Positions 11,737 through 22,356 of a stretch of DNA of 64,000 nucleotides are shown here, one piece after another. Under the pieces are notes generated by a model. It was not told where the DNA came from. It did not search any database and saw only the letters and a program-made list of their open reading frames with translations. The position numbers and the translations under genes are program-made. The stretch spans positions 11,844,001 to 11,908,000 of the forward strand of contig NC_045697.1 of the NCBI RefSeq assembly GCF_009834535.1. The letters are read 5' to 3'. The DNA is from Camelus ferus. Lineage: Eukaryota. Position 1 is the first letter of the stretch, and the number at the start of each line of letters is the position of its first letter.

Positions 11737-14099
11737 AGTTTTATTTTAGATGTTTCATTCTTGTTGATGAAACTGTAACTCAGATTGTTTTCTTAATTTC
11801 TATTTCTGATAGTTTGTTGTTAGCATATAAAAACACAACAAGGCTGAAGAAGGGCCATGCTTTGGAAGTTACACATTCCCACTTCACTTCCACTCTCTCT
11901 CATTAGCTAGAACCTAGTCACACAACCATATATATAAATATATATATTTTAAAATATATATAAAATATAGTTTTATCTGGATGGCGATGTGCCTGGCTAA
12001 AGATGTCAATACTAGAGAAAAAGGGGAGACCAATATCGGGGGACAACTCACAACTCTACCATTGTGTGGAGGTAACCTCTAGCCTCAGTGACTGCAAGTG
12101 ATAGACATTATCCAGTTATGAGTTGGGAATTTTAGAAACTTGCAAAATGAAAGATTCCAAGCAAGTTAAAAGATTATGGTTAGTAAATATGGCATTGCCC
12201 TTAATATGAACATAGCAGGAGTTACTTTTTATCACTAGTTCCTTTCCTCCCTCTCTAAGTAAACATTGATTTTAAAAAAACCATTGATATTGTAAACATA
12301 TCAGATAGAAGCAGTGTTGAATTCTTAGCCTGTCCAGGGTGATCCAGGAAGTCCTAAGTGACTGTTACTCATCAATGTTGATACAATTAGTTTCTTCTTG
12401 CCTCTCCCAGATCACTCCCTACTTTGCCTCTTTTTAGAGTTTGTTCATCTCCTGACAGAGGGTGTCTTCCACAGGCTCTGTCCTTTCCCTTTGTTTGTCT
12501 TGCTTCGTGATGACTCCTTTTAGGGAAACCACCAGACTCCTGCTGTTCAACTCATCCTGTGAGAGTCTGCATCATCATTCCAAGCTCCCGTTGGACTTTA
12601 TTCCATGCACTTTCCCCATCAACATCCCAATGTTGTTACATCAGAGTTGGCAAATTCCCCATCACCTTCACAGCTTCTTTCTTCCTAAGCAAGAGGGAAG
12701 TGTTAGGGACCTAAATAGGGTAGTGATACATTCTGCCTCATTCATAAGCTGTATCAAGCTGATTCTGCAGTTCATTTCCCAAATAGAGTCACCTGGTAAG
12801 TTCCATCAAAAACTCGTGGCTCTGGCCAGCTTACCTGTTGTTAAAAGATAATTTTCCCAAGAAGTTAAAATCATGACTCATACAGATAGAGAAATGAATA
12901 ATGTCAAAGGTTTTCTTTAGCTTATGGAGGAAAGAGAATTCTGAGAACTGATAACATTTAGAGGCGAGGGATATTGAAATGAGTGTGCCGCTGGAGACAA
13001 GACTAGGTTTTCTCCAGGAGAGGGAAGGTTGTCAGTTGAGCTTCTACCGGACAGGACATAATCTGCAGTTAAGACTCATGTTGCAATGCATAACAATTTA
13101 CAGAGTTGTGAAAGAACTTTGTAGAATCTCACTCAGATAACCCACAGGAGTCTTTCTGGACCGTGCATGGTTTTCCACCACAGCACAACTTCCCCTATAC
13201 TGCTTGGTCTTTCTCCATCCTTGACTCTAACCTCTAACAGTTGCACTAAAATAATAGCTTTTACCTCCCCCAGCTTCTAGAAAGAACATGATTGAGTCCA
13301 TGTTGACTCCCACGTCAATAATAAACTCTTTTAGCCTTTCAAGATCCTCTTTAATCCAGCATTACCCTCTTTTATAACCTTTTATTCCAGGCAAGCCTGA
13401 GCCCTACACCCCAAGGCAAGCCAACACCCTCTCAAACACTCCTCCATACCCCGATGTCCTCCTCAGTCACCTATCTCCTCATTCTACTGGCTGATCTCAA
13501 GCTTTTTCTATTTTTGCACTTTTTTGAGTTTACTGGGTTTATAATGCAACTCCTCTTTAATTATCCGAAGGAGGTGGAAGCCAGAGAGGACCACCATCCC
13601 CAACTTGCGCAGCCTTCAAGAACGGACAGTCAAATCTCTACTACGTGCCGCCTTTGTACAGGGATACAGATATTCTCTCCTTCCGGAGAATGAGACCAGG
13701 ATATTGCGGACTTTAGTTCGTGGACGCCGCCGACTTCGTGGCCCAAGTTAAAGATCCAGCTAAAGTTAGGATCAGACACTAATGTAACATGAAGGTTCAC
13801 TTTCGTATTCCTTTTTGTGCTTCATCATGTTCTCCGAGTTCCATTCAATTGTCTATTTTTAACAATAAAAAATGTAAAACCCCTTTTAAAACGTATATAT
13901 TAAAACATTAGGCGCTATTAGCAAAGCTTCTCTATTCAAAGACAGCATTTGGGCTGACTGCCTTATAATGCTGAACCCTTAGACCAGATGGAAATTCAAA
14001 CAACAAAAAGTTCAAAAATAGGACAGTAATAGAAATAACTCAGCAGGAGGTCTTCACTACTCAGACCTTGGCTGTATAAGCTGCGTGTTCGCCAGTTCT

Positions 14100-14870
14100 C
14101 CCCGATGCCCCGCCTCCATCCCCGCCCCTCGTGGTACCCTCCTCCGGGAGCCTCCTCCTCTCTAGCCTCACGGACACGCGCACGCGCACGCCCGCACGCC
14201 CGCACGCCCCGGAGCACACGCCACAGCCTCGCGTCCCTTCCAGCACCGCCCAGTCCGCCGGCCCCGCCCCCTGGATCCCGCCCCGCCCCCAGGCGCACGC
14301 ACGCTGGTCCTCGCCGAGCCGACAGCCTGCCCCTGGCGCACGCCTGGCACGCCCCCTGGCACCTGCCCCGCCTCCTAGGCGCGCGCCCGCAGCTCCCCGG
14401 AGGCGGGCTCCCAGGCGCGCCCCCGCCCTCCATGCGCCACGTGCTCTGTGGAGGGCGGTGCGGGGGGCCGAGCCGAAAAGATGTTCTTGCTGCCTCTTCC
14501 GGCTGCCGCGCGAGTCGCCGTCCGACATCTGAGCGTGAGGCGCTTCTGGGGACCCGGTCCCGCCGCCGCAGACATGACGAAGGTGAGGGGCCGCGGCTCG
14601 CTCCGGGACCGCCGCGAGAGTCCTGCCCGCGGGCGTCTGGGGCTTCCGGGTGGGTCAAGGCCGCGGTGACCCGGGCTTCTGAGCCAAGCTGCCAACATCG
14701 GCTAAAAGGAAAAGTTCCCTGCCTTTGCGGATCTCGGCTTTGGCAGGGGCAGACGGCGCGGGGCTGCCGATCCCCCCTGCATTCTCCCACGGGCTCTGTG
14801 CCGAGGGTGCGCTCTCCCTTCTCTTGTTTGGAAGTCCTAGGATCCGAACTCTGCGGCCGACGATGACAGC
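14100..14870. promoter_or_regulatory. LAP3 CpG-island promoter (GC boxes, NRF1-like element, E-box)
   Basis: High CpG density; several CCCCGCCCC GC boxes (14262-14290); CGCGCACGCGCA at ~14177; CACGTG at ~14438. Confidence 0.85.
14481..14582 (+). CDS. LAP3: Cytosol aminopeptidase (leucine aminopeptidase 3), coding exon 1
   Basis: ATG at 14481 reads MFLLPLPAAARVAVRHLSVRRFWGPGPAAADMTK, followed by a GTGAG donor. Second in-frame Met32 at 14574. Lies in a CpG island. Confidence 0.97.
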
Positions 14871-16094
14871 CTTAGCTATCGCTTTCTGAGCTCCCACTCT
14901 GTGTCGTGCCTTTATCTCATTATTTTGTGAAGTCCTGGCAGTCCCCTAGGGCAGGACGGTGCCAGGATTGCCCCCACTTTAGCCAGGAGGATGCCCAGGC
15001 TTGGTGCGGTGAACTGTCCTCTAGGATCCCAGAGCTGGCCAGTCACTGGCTCCGAGCTCCGCACCAAGACTTCCCTCCCCCGCTGACGATGGAGGCCAGG
15101 AAAACAGAGGTCTTCCGGGAGTAAACTGCCTGGAAGGGTTTCTGGAGAAAAATAACATCTCTCTAGGGCAAAGGGCTTTGCAGAGAGACCAGCTCTTTGT
15201 GAAATTAAAGGAGAGTGGCCTGCAGGAGACCCGCCTCTCCACCTACTTGAGCTCCGAAACGCTGTGAAGAGGGTTACTTTTCGGCTCTGGGGGATCTGAA
15301 AAAGGGAAATGGCTCAGTGGGAGGAGCACACACGTGGGAGTCACGCTTGAGGACCTGAAGGACTGTCCCTGGGGAGGAACGTTCTAGATAGGGCTTGAGC
15401 TCAGGCCTCCCCCTGAATCACAGGTGGCCACAGGAGGAGCGGTCTGTCCCCTGCTCTTTCCAATACCGTGGAAATAATCCTACTCAGGTAACATCTTGGC
15501 CTGTCAGTTCCCTACTTGGTTGCATGATGGAGTCCCAGACAGCGGGCAGTATTAGGAAAGTTAGAACCTAGAAAGGTTACCAACGCAGAGAAAGCCTGTT
15601 TTTTTTTTTTTTGATGGAAAAGACAGGACACTATTTGATCTAAGTCCCAGTATGATTTTTAGTGTAGAAAGGACAGAGGACTGTGAGGGAAGGCAGCCAA
15701 ACGGGGACGGACTCTTGCTCAGTTCTGTTCACACGGGCTAGTATGTCAGACCAGGTTTCTGCTTCCTTATCCGTCAGGTGGGAAGAAGACTCCATGTTCT
15801 TTTCACCTCACAGACTTGCCGTAAATCAGAAAGCATTTTTAAAGTCATAAGTTGCTGTGCAAAGGCAAATGGTGATTCCTAGGTTTACTTCTTTATTTCA
15901 GGTGTTGGGGGCTGGTGCTTAAGCAGATGAAAGATACACCACTAAGTGCTGGACAGAAAGCTCTGCTCCTGCCCCTCCAGGGGAGGTGCATTCTTTTCCT
16001 GTCTCCCAGCCTGTGAGTTGGCCAGGGTGCAGATGCAGCCACTGGCATCGATTGGGATGGCATCCTAGAATATTGCAGATTTGCATTTGAAGGT

Positions 16095-16641
16095 TGTAGG
16101 GGAGGGAAAACTTAACCTCTACTTTCCTAGGTTCCATGTCTGCACTTAAGAATGAAATGGACATGAAGCAGATTAACAGGAGAAAGGCATACAAGTTTTA
16201 TTTCATATTTTTATGCATACATGGGAATCTTCAAAAGGATAGTGAAGACTCAAAGAAGTCTTCAGGCCTCAAAGCTTATATACCCTTTTAAACAGAGGAT
16301 GAGAAATTGTGGGGATGCGGGAAAGCAAAGGAAGCTGGGTTAGAGGCAGTACGTTGTGAGAGACTAGGAAATGTATGGGGGAGGATGAGGGTTATTTTAG
16401 TAGGTTTGTTTGCACAGGTCCATTTTGGTGTTGACTCCCAGTCTCTGGTGATAAGAATGTTCTCTGCCTGGTACAGAGAGAGAACCTTTCTCCTGGGAAA
16501 TTTTATTACCAGATTTTGGGTAGAAAGGGGGAGGTCAGAGAGGCCTTCCTGCATCTGCTGTTTCTCAGCTGCCTGCAGCTCAAATTAATCAATATGCCCA
16601 AGTGGCATATTTTGGTGGTGGCATGTTTTGAGCCCCTTCCA
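16095..16641 (-). mobile_element. Solo LTR, MER34/MER39-like (ERV1), in LAP3 intron 1
   Basis: Minus strand begins TGGAAGGGGCTCAAAACATGCCACCACCAAAATATGCCACTTGGGCATA and ends CCCCTACA (TG...CA termini). Confidence 0.75.
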
Positions 16642-16990
16642 GTTCTGACTTGCTTACAAATGGAATTGTTTTCTTAAACAAAGCACCTTTCTGCTCTTTA
16701 TTTGAAAGTGAAAAAAGCCTTCTATGTTCTGAAAGCTCTTTCTTGGGAGGGGCCATGAAGACCCAAGACAGGTAGTCACTGTGGTCTTGCATTGGCAGGA
16801 ATTTGAAGCTTTCAGGCATAATGTGAGTGTAGCTGACTGCCCAGCACTTGCTTCTGTTTTGGCTTTGTTCTTCTGTCCTTGACTGGAACATGGTTTGGAT
16901 GAAATTGTTAGCTCATTTTGGAATTTGGGAACCCTTGAGGTCCTCTAAGGGATCTACCCTAATTATCTTCACCTTTCCTCCTGTTCTCAG

Positions 16991-17106
16991 GGCCTTGTTT
17001 TAGGAATCTATAGCAAAGAAAAAGAAGAAGATGTGCCCCAGCTTACAAGTGCAGGGGAGAATTTTGATAAATTGGTATCTGGAAAGCTGAGAGAAGTTTT
17101 GAACAT
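16991..17106 (+). CDS. LAP3: LAP3 exon 2
   Basis: ctcag acceptor, GLVLGIYSKEKEEDVPQLTSAGENFDKLVSGKLREVLN(I), gtaagt donor; 116 nt. Confidence 0.97.
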
Positions 17107-18429
17107 GTAAGTATTCATCTATGGTTTCCAGTTTTTTAAATGCCCCGAAAGTGAAAGAGAGTATCTTTTCTGTGCTTTATTGTTAGTAGATGGAAACTGG
17201 CCAGTGTCTTCTCAGTGGAAGTGAAAGAATGTGTCTCTGGAATGCACATTGGTACTTTGTCAGTATCCCATGGGTCTACAGTTCTGGGAAATTAGGACAC
17301 TTCAACGAAACCACAAACTTATTGTGACAGACTGACCCAGGAGGATCTGGAAAGTACCAGATTTCCTCAGCCCAGCCCCCTGGCTCCAGTTCATTTCTCC
17401 CCACCCTCTTTCTACCCACTTCCCCACCAGTCTCTCTATTTTCTATTTCCCTTCACTTGTAGGGAACAACAGGTCCTGGACTAGTTCAAGACAGCCTGAG
17501 GAGACTGTTCCTTTCAGTCACAAGCCTTGAGTTTCAAATCTAAAGGGACATGTGAATCGCCTAGGGGTGTAGTTAGATTGCACATTCTAGGTCAGTAAAT
17601 CTGAGTGGGGCCGCAGATTCTAACCATTCCTGCATTAGCTGGGATCTGGGGAAGACAGGAAAACATTGGTGTTTCCACGTCCTTCTGAGCTGCAGGCCAC
17701 ATTTAACAGAAATAAAGGTATCAACCTAGTCCACTGCAACTTTATACTGTTTGGATTATAGATAGCCTATAGCATCTGACAGGTGTCATCTGATAATTAG
17801 AGCAATTAATTATCTAATCATTGGGTAGCAGAATTTGCATCCCCTATCAATTACCGGTGCTTCACCAGTAGGCTGCTCTCTGAAGTGCTTTGATTAATTC
17901 GTTAATTCAGAAGCTAACATATGCAGGTACAGAACAGCCTGGCCTTCCTGACTGACAGCTATTGGCTGCGGCACCAGCACCCCCTAGCTGTATGTTTGGC
18001 GCTGTCACCTGCTTTGTTTTGGAAATTGCCCAGTATCCCATCTGTGGATAAGCACCCACAAAACACCTCCAAGCCGAACACACTGCGGTCAGGTCAGCCT
18101 CTTAGGTTGGTGTCTTGCATCTTTTATTAGATTTAAGATTGAAGTCAGCTTCCACCCAGTGCTCAGCTCTCCTCTGCAGCCATGTGCTACCTGTCCACGG
18201 CACCACTTCCTACAGTCTTTTTCAAATAAGTTTGTATTAAATCTAATCTTGAAGTTTGCAGAATAGTTTTTGAGCTAGAATTAGAAGTGCTGCGTCTGAG
18301 AAATCTGGCCTCAGAGAATTCTGTGTTTTGATAAAAACATTAAGTGCAGCAAATTCATAGAAGTAGTAGTGCTGTAATAAGGCTAACGTTATGTCTGTGT
18401 GCATTCTCAAGGGAGCAGAGCAAACTGTA

Positions 18430-18556
18430 ATTTTTATTTTATTTTATTTTATTTTGTTTTATTTTATTTATTTGTTTTAATGGAAGCACAGAGGATTGAA
18501 CCCAGGACCTCATGCATGCTAAGCACATGCTCTGCCACAAAGCTATACCCTCCCCC
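18430..18556 (-). mobile_element. tRNA-Ala-derived SINE (camelid vic-1-like)
   Basis: Minus strand: GGGGGAGGGTATAGCT...GCTTAGCATGCATGAGGTCCTGGGTTCAATCC with A/B boxes and an (AAAAT)n tail. Confidence 0.85.
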
Positions 18557-18598
18557 TCAAACCAGAATTTTTAAAACAACTATTTCTTCTTGTTTCAG

Positions 18599-18653
18599 AT
18601 CTGGACCACCCCTGAAGGCAGGCAAAACCCGAACCTTTTATGGTCTGCATGAG
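18599..18653 (+). CDS. LAP3: LAP3 exon 3
   Basis: ttcag acceptor, SGPPLKAGKTRTFYGLHE, gtatga donor; 55 nt, phase-compatible with exons 2 and 4. Confidence 0.96.
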
Positions 18654-19122
18654 GTATGAGATGAAGATAAGGTTTATCTGGCAAACCCCTTAGAGAGCAC
18701 CTACTATGTGCCGAGAATTGTGGCTGCAGAGTTGTGCAGAAAATTTTGCATCAGGTAGTATGTACAGTTTTACCCTGGTGTTAAGCCACAAGTATTATTT
18801 CAGATTGTAAAGAGGCAAATTGCTGTCAAAAAGTATTGCCTCTCGATTCCTCAATCTGCAGGCTGCTTTGGTTCAGCTGCCATCGCTGTGGTACTGACAT
18901 CATAGAGTTATTTACAGGATTACCCTCACTCAACCTTTCAAACACACAGTTTTAAGATTTTACCAAGATAATAGGGCTTAAAAAAACAAAACCAAATTTC
19001 GCAGCGAGTTTTGCCCCATGTGGAGTTAAAAGTGGTTGTGTGCGAGCTCATGTCACGTTTCCTGCTGGAAATGGGTGCTTTCAAGACAGAAAGCGGCTGA
19101 CTGTGTGTTTTTCTGGGAACAG

Positions 19123-19228
19123 GACTTCCCCAGCGTGGTGGTGGTTGGTCTTGGCAAAAAGGCCGCCGGAGTTGACGACCAGGAAAACTGGCACGAAGGC
19201 AAAGAAAACATCAGAGCTGCTGTCGCAG
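19123..19228 (+). CDS. LAP3: LAP3 exon 4
   Basis: aacag acceptor, DFPSVVVVGLGKKAAGVDDQENWHEGKENIRAAVA, gttcgt donor; 106 nt. Confidence 0.96.
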
Positions 19229-20266
19229 GTTCGTTAACTTTTGGACTTTCATCCTGATGAAAGATTCCTGAGGATCGCTCTGTAAGATTATCTGCCTCCC
19301 CTCTTTCTGACCTCTCACCATCCCCGCCTCTCCTATACTGACACAAACAAATCTCTTTACAAAGCTCCCCTTACCGAACGTGCTTGGCCTTATTTTAGAT
19401 ACAGAAGGTTAGCTTATGGAATTTTATTTGTCTATTTCTTTAACTTGTGTCTGGGGCTTTCATGACCATTTGTTCACTCGGTGTTGGCCTTAGAGCTCTA
19501 CTTTGCCAAAAAGGCCTTCTTGTGATGCAGCCCTGGTGTGGCCCGACTATAAATCACATGGAGGCATCACATTTATAAATCAGGGAAAATGGACGCAAAG
19601 GGCAGGGCACTTGTTTATCGCTAGTTACCGGACGTGTGTGCCTGTCTGCGTTTGTCACGTGGATGGTGTGAAAGCTGCCCTTGGGTCCTTTCAGAGCTGA
19701 GCGCAGGACAGGGCCTTCACCATCGAAACTATGATTAAAGATACTTTGAAAACCATTGCTGAGGTAGTGATAATTAGCTTGGTCGATCTTTGGTCCTGTG
19801 TATTCATATGTGCTTGTTAAATTTACTGTCATGTTCGTGCTGGCTGATCATTTCATGACTTTTAGTTGGGAGATTCTGCTGACTTGAGCTTAATAAAATG
19901 CCCTGTTACTATGGACGTGGCTCAGTTCCTTGGATATAATTTTAGTGTTGTCACTTCTCTGACATTTTTTTCAACCTGGGAAGCTCCTGGGGGCTGGGCC
20001 GTGTCACCAGGAGATCCTGCTGTTTCAGAAGTGGTTCTAGCAACAGCAGCCTCTCCGAGGAGCTGGAGCAGTCATCTTATCTGTCGGTCTGTCCTGCCTC
20101 TCACTTGTGGGTGTGTGCCCATCCTCACTGGACAGCAGGGGAGAGGGAGGCTCAGGGTGCAAGGTCAAGTGTCCGCTGGGATTTGACCCCCCACACCACG
20201 TCCCTGCCTTCTGCTCTCCAAGGTGTCTCTGTCTGACTGTTTTCCGGTCCCTCTGTCCCTGGGCAG

Positions 20267-20426
20267 CGGGGTGCAGACAGGTTCAGGAGCTGGAGATCCC
20301 CTCCGTGGAGGTGGACCCCTGCGGAGATGCACAGGCCGCGGCCGAGGGGGCACTGCTCGGGCTGTATGAGTGCGACAACCTGAAGCAAAAAAAGAAGACG
20401 GTCGTGTCGCCGAAGCTCCATGGAAG
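20267..20426 (+). CDS. LAP3: LAP3 exon 5
   Basis: ggcag acceptor, GCRQVQELEIPSVEVDPCGDAQAAAEGALLGLYECDNLKQKKKTVVSPKLHG, gtgagg donor; 160 nt. Confidence 0.96.
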
Positions 20427-21592
20427 GTGAGGGGACAGACCAGGGACGCATGCATTCCCCGTGCTCTGGCAGCGGGGCCTTTTGGACACTAGCTGCCTCT
20501 TTTCCGTGTCCAGCACTGCCATGTGGCTTGTCTATGGCTTCCTCATCACTGTAGCCGTTTCAGGAGGTTGATGACTGTCCCCATGTTCTGCCCCTGGCTT
20601 CATCCTGTGCATGTCTCTCCTGTGACTCTCCAGACCCTCCCTGCTGCCTGGCTCCTAGGGATTCAGCCGCGGGAATAAGATGACAGATGGGTCCCAGCAG
20701 CTTCCGATGTGGATCATTTCCATCTAACCAGCACCTGCTCGCACTGTGCTGAGTGCCAGAGAACACGGATGAAGGGATACATCCTTGCCCTCATGGTCTA
20801 GTGGGGAGACTTGTCTTTGAGCACCAGCTATACTCCAGCCCTGTTCTGGGTTCTGGGAGATGAGGTCCCTGCTGTTAGGAGGGGAGACCTTCAGGAGATG
20901 GTGCTGGGGGGACAGCGGGCATCTTCGTACAGCCTGGTGGTTGGCAACTGTGATGAGAACGAGGGCTCAGTGACCCGTCAGCCTGGCTCTGACTCTGGCT
21001 CCCACTTCCTGGCCGGGCGACCTCAGTGACGTGACTGCAGTCTCTGCACCTCATTTCCCTCGTTAGTTGAGTAGAGTTGTAATTCCGATTTTGTGGGGCT
21101 TTTATGATCGAAAGACAAAACCTGTCAAGAGAACCCTGTAAATGATGCGCGTTGTTTTCCCTTCCCGTGCCCCATGGTGCGGGAGGGCGGGTGGGGAGGG
21201 CCTCCGGGTCCCCGCCAGGACTGAGCAGGGCGTGCTGGCTCTGCAGTCACCCCTGGGACCGCAGCACTGCTGACGCAGCGAAGGAGGGTGAAGTGGGCCT
21301 TTTTGTGGAGACCTCTGCCATCAGTTTGGGTGGTGGACTTGGAGGCCCATCGGTCCAACCCCCTCTTTATACAGGGAGGATGCTGGGGCTCCCCTGGCTC
21401 CCCTAGGCCCTAGTGGGGGACCGTGTTTTCTAGCTCTGTATAAACTCTAGCGGCTGCTGCCCCGGGTCGAATCACAAAGGATGAATCCGGGTCTCGTGTG
21501 TCCATCATTTTCAGTATGAGCCCCTGAGCTGTGCCAGCACTCAGTGTTCCAGGGAGGCTGTCTGACCATGACCTTGTGCTTTCTCCTGCCAG

Positions 21593-21758
21593 TGGGGATC
21601 AGGAGGCCTGGCAGAGGGGGACTCCTCTTTGCTTCTGGGCAGAACTTGGCCCGCTACCTGATGGAGATGCCTGCTAATGAGATCACGCCAACCAACTTTG
21701 CTGAACTGATTGAGATGAATCTCAAAAGTGCTAGCAGTAAAACAGACGTCCACATCAG
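21593..21758 (+). CDS. LAP3: LAP3 exon 6, with an apparent +1 frameshift in a G5 run
   Basis: ccag acceptor, GDQEAWQR, then after one extra G GLLFASGQNLARYLMEMPANEITPTNFAELIEMNLKSASSKTDVHI, gtaact donor. The exon is 166 nt although both flanking introns are phase 2. Confidence 0.93.
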
Positions 21759-22009
21759 GTAACTCAGGATTATGTCACAGACTCGTGGGATGTTAGGGCC
21801 AGAAGAGCCTCACAGACCCTAAAATCCAGTGCTCTCACTATTCAGAGAGTTAACTTCAGACCCAAGAGGTGAGATGACCCCCCCAGCAGCTGCACACAAG
21901 CTGGGACGAGGGCTGTTTGAGGTTCCTTCCATCGTGTCTTGCCTTGCCTTGGAGAGAGTGTCATGACTTCACACTCCATAGTGTGTGTGTGTTGTGTGTT
22001 GTGTTTTGT

Positions 22010-22356
22010 AGCGGTTTTACTGAAATTTAATTCATGCATAAAATATGCAACTCAGTGATTTCTGGTCCATTCACAGAGTTGTGCTGCCGTCACCACAATC
22101 GATTTTAGAACATTTTCGTTACCCCCAGACAGGAACCTTTTGCCCATTAGCAGTCCCCTTCATTTCCCTCCCCGCCAGACATCAGTTTCATGGACATTTG
22201 GATTCTTCCACTTCTTGGATCTGATGAATAATGCTGCTGTGAGCATCTGTGTACCAGTTTTCGTGTGGGCATGTTTCCATGTCTCTTGGGCAAGTAGCTG
22301 GGAGTTGAATTTGTTGGATCAGATGGTAACTCTTATCTTACCTTTTGGAGGAACTT
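22010..22356 (-). mobile_element. Old L1 3' fragments
   Basis: cattcacagagttgtg, ttttagaacatttt and gaataatgctgctgtgagcat motifs. Confidence 0.7.

Noticed and set aside
11939..11962. 24-bp perfect palindrome TATATATATTTTAAAATATATATA
   Set aside because: It is low-complexity (TA)n-derived sequence, where such palindromes arise trivially.
12400..13320. Possible ancient LINE endonuclease remnant on the minus strand (HDFN resembling GDFN)
   Set aside because: Too degenerate to support by eye; it would need an nhmmer/Dfam search.
13996..14866. Long overlapping ORFs (264 aa on minus, 253 aa on plus) across the LAP3 promoter
   Set aside because: They are Arg/Gly/Pro/Ala-rich products of a stop-poor CpG island with no recognisable domain. 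The real coding frame is LAP3 exon 1.
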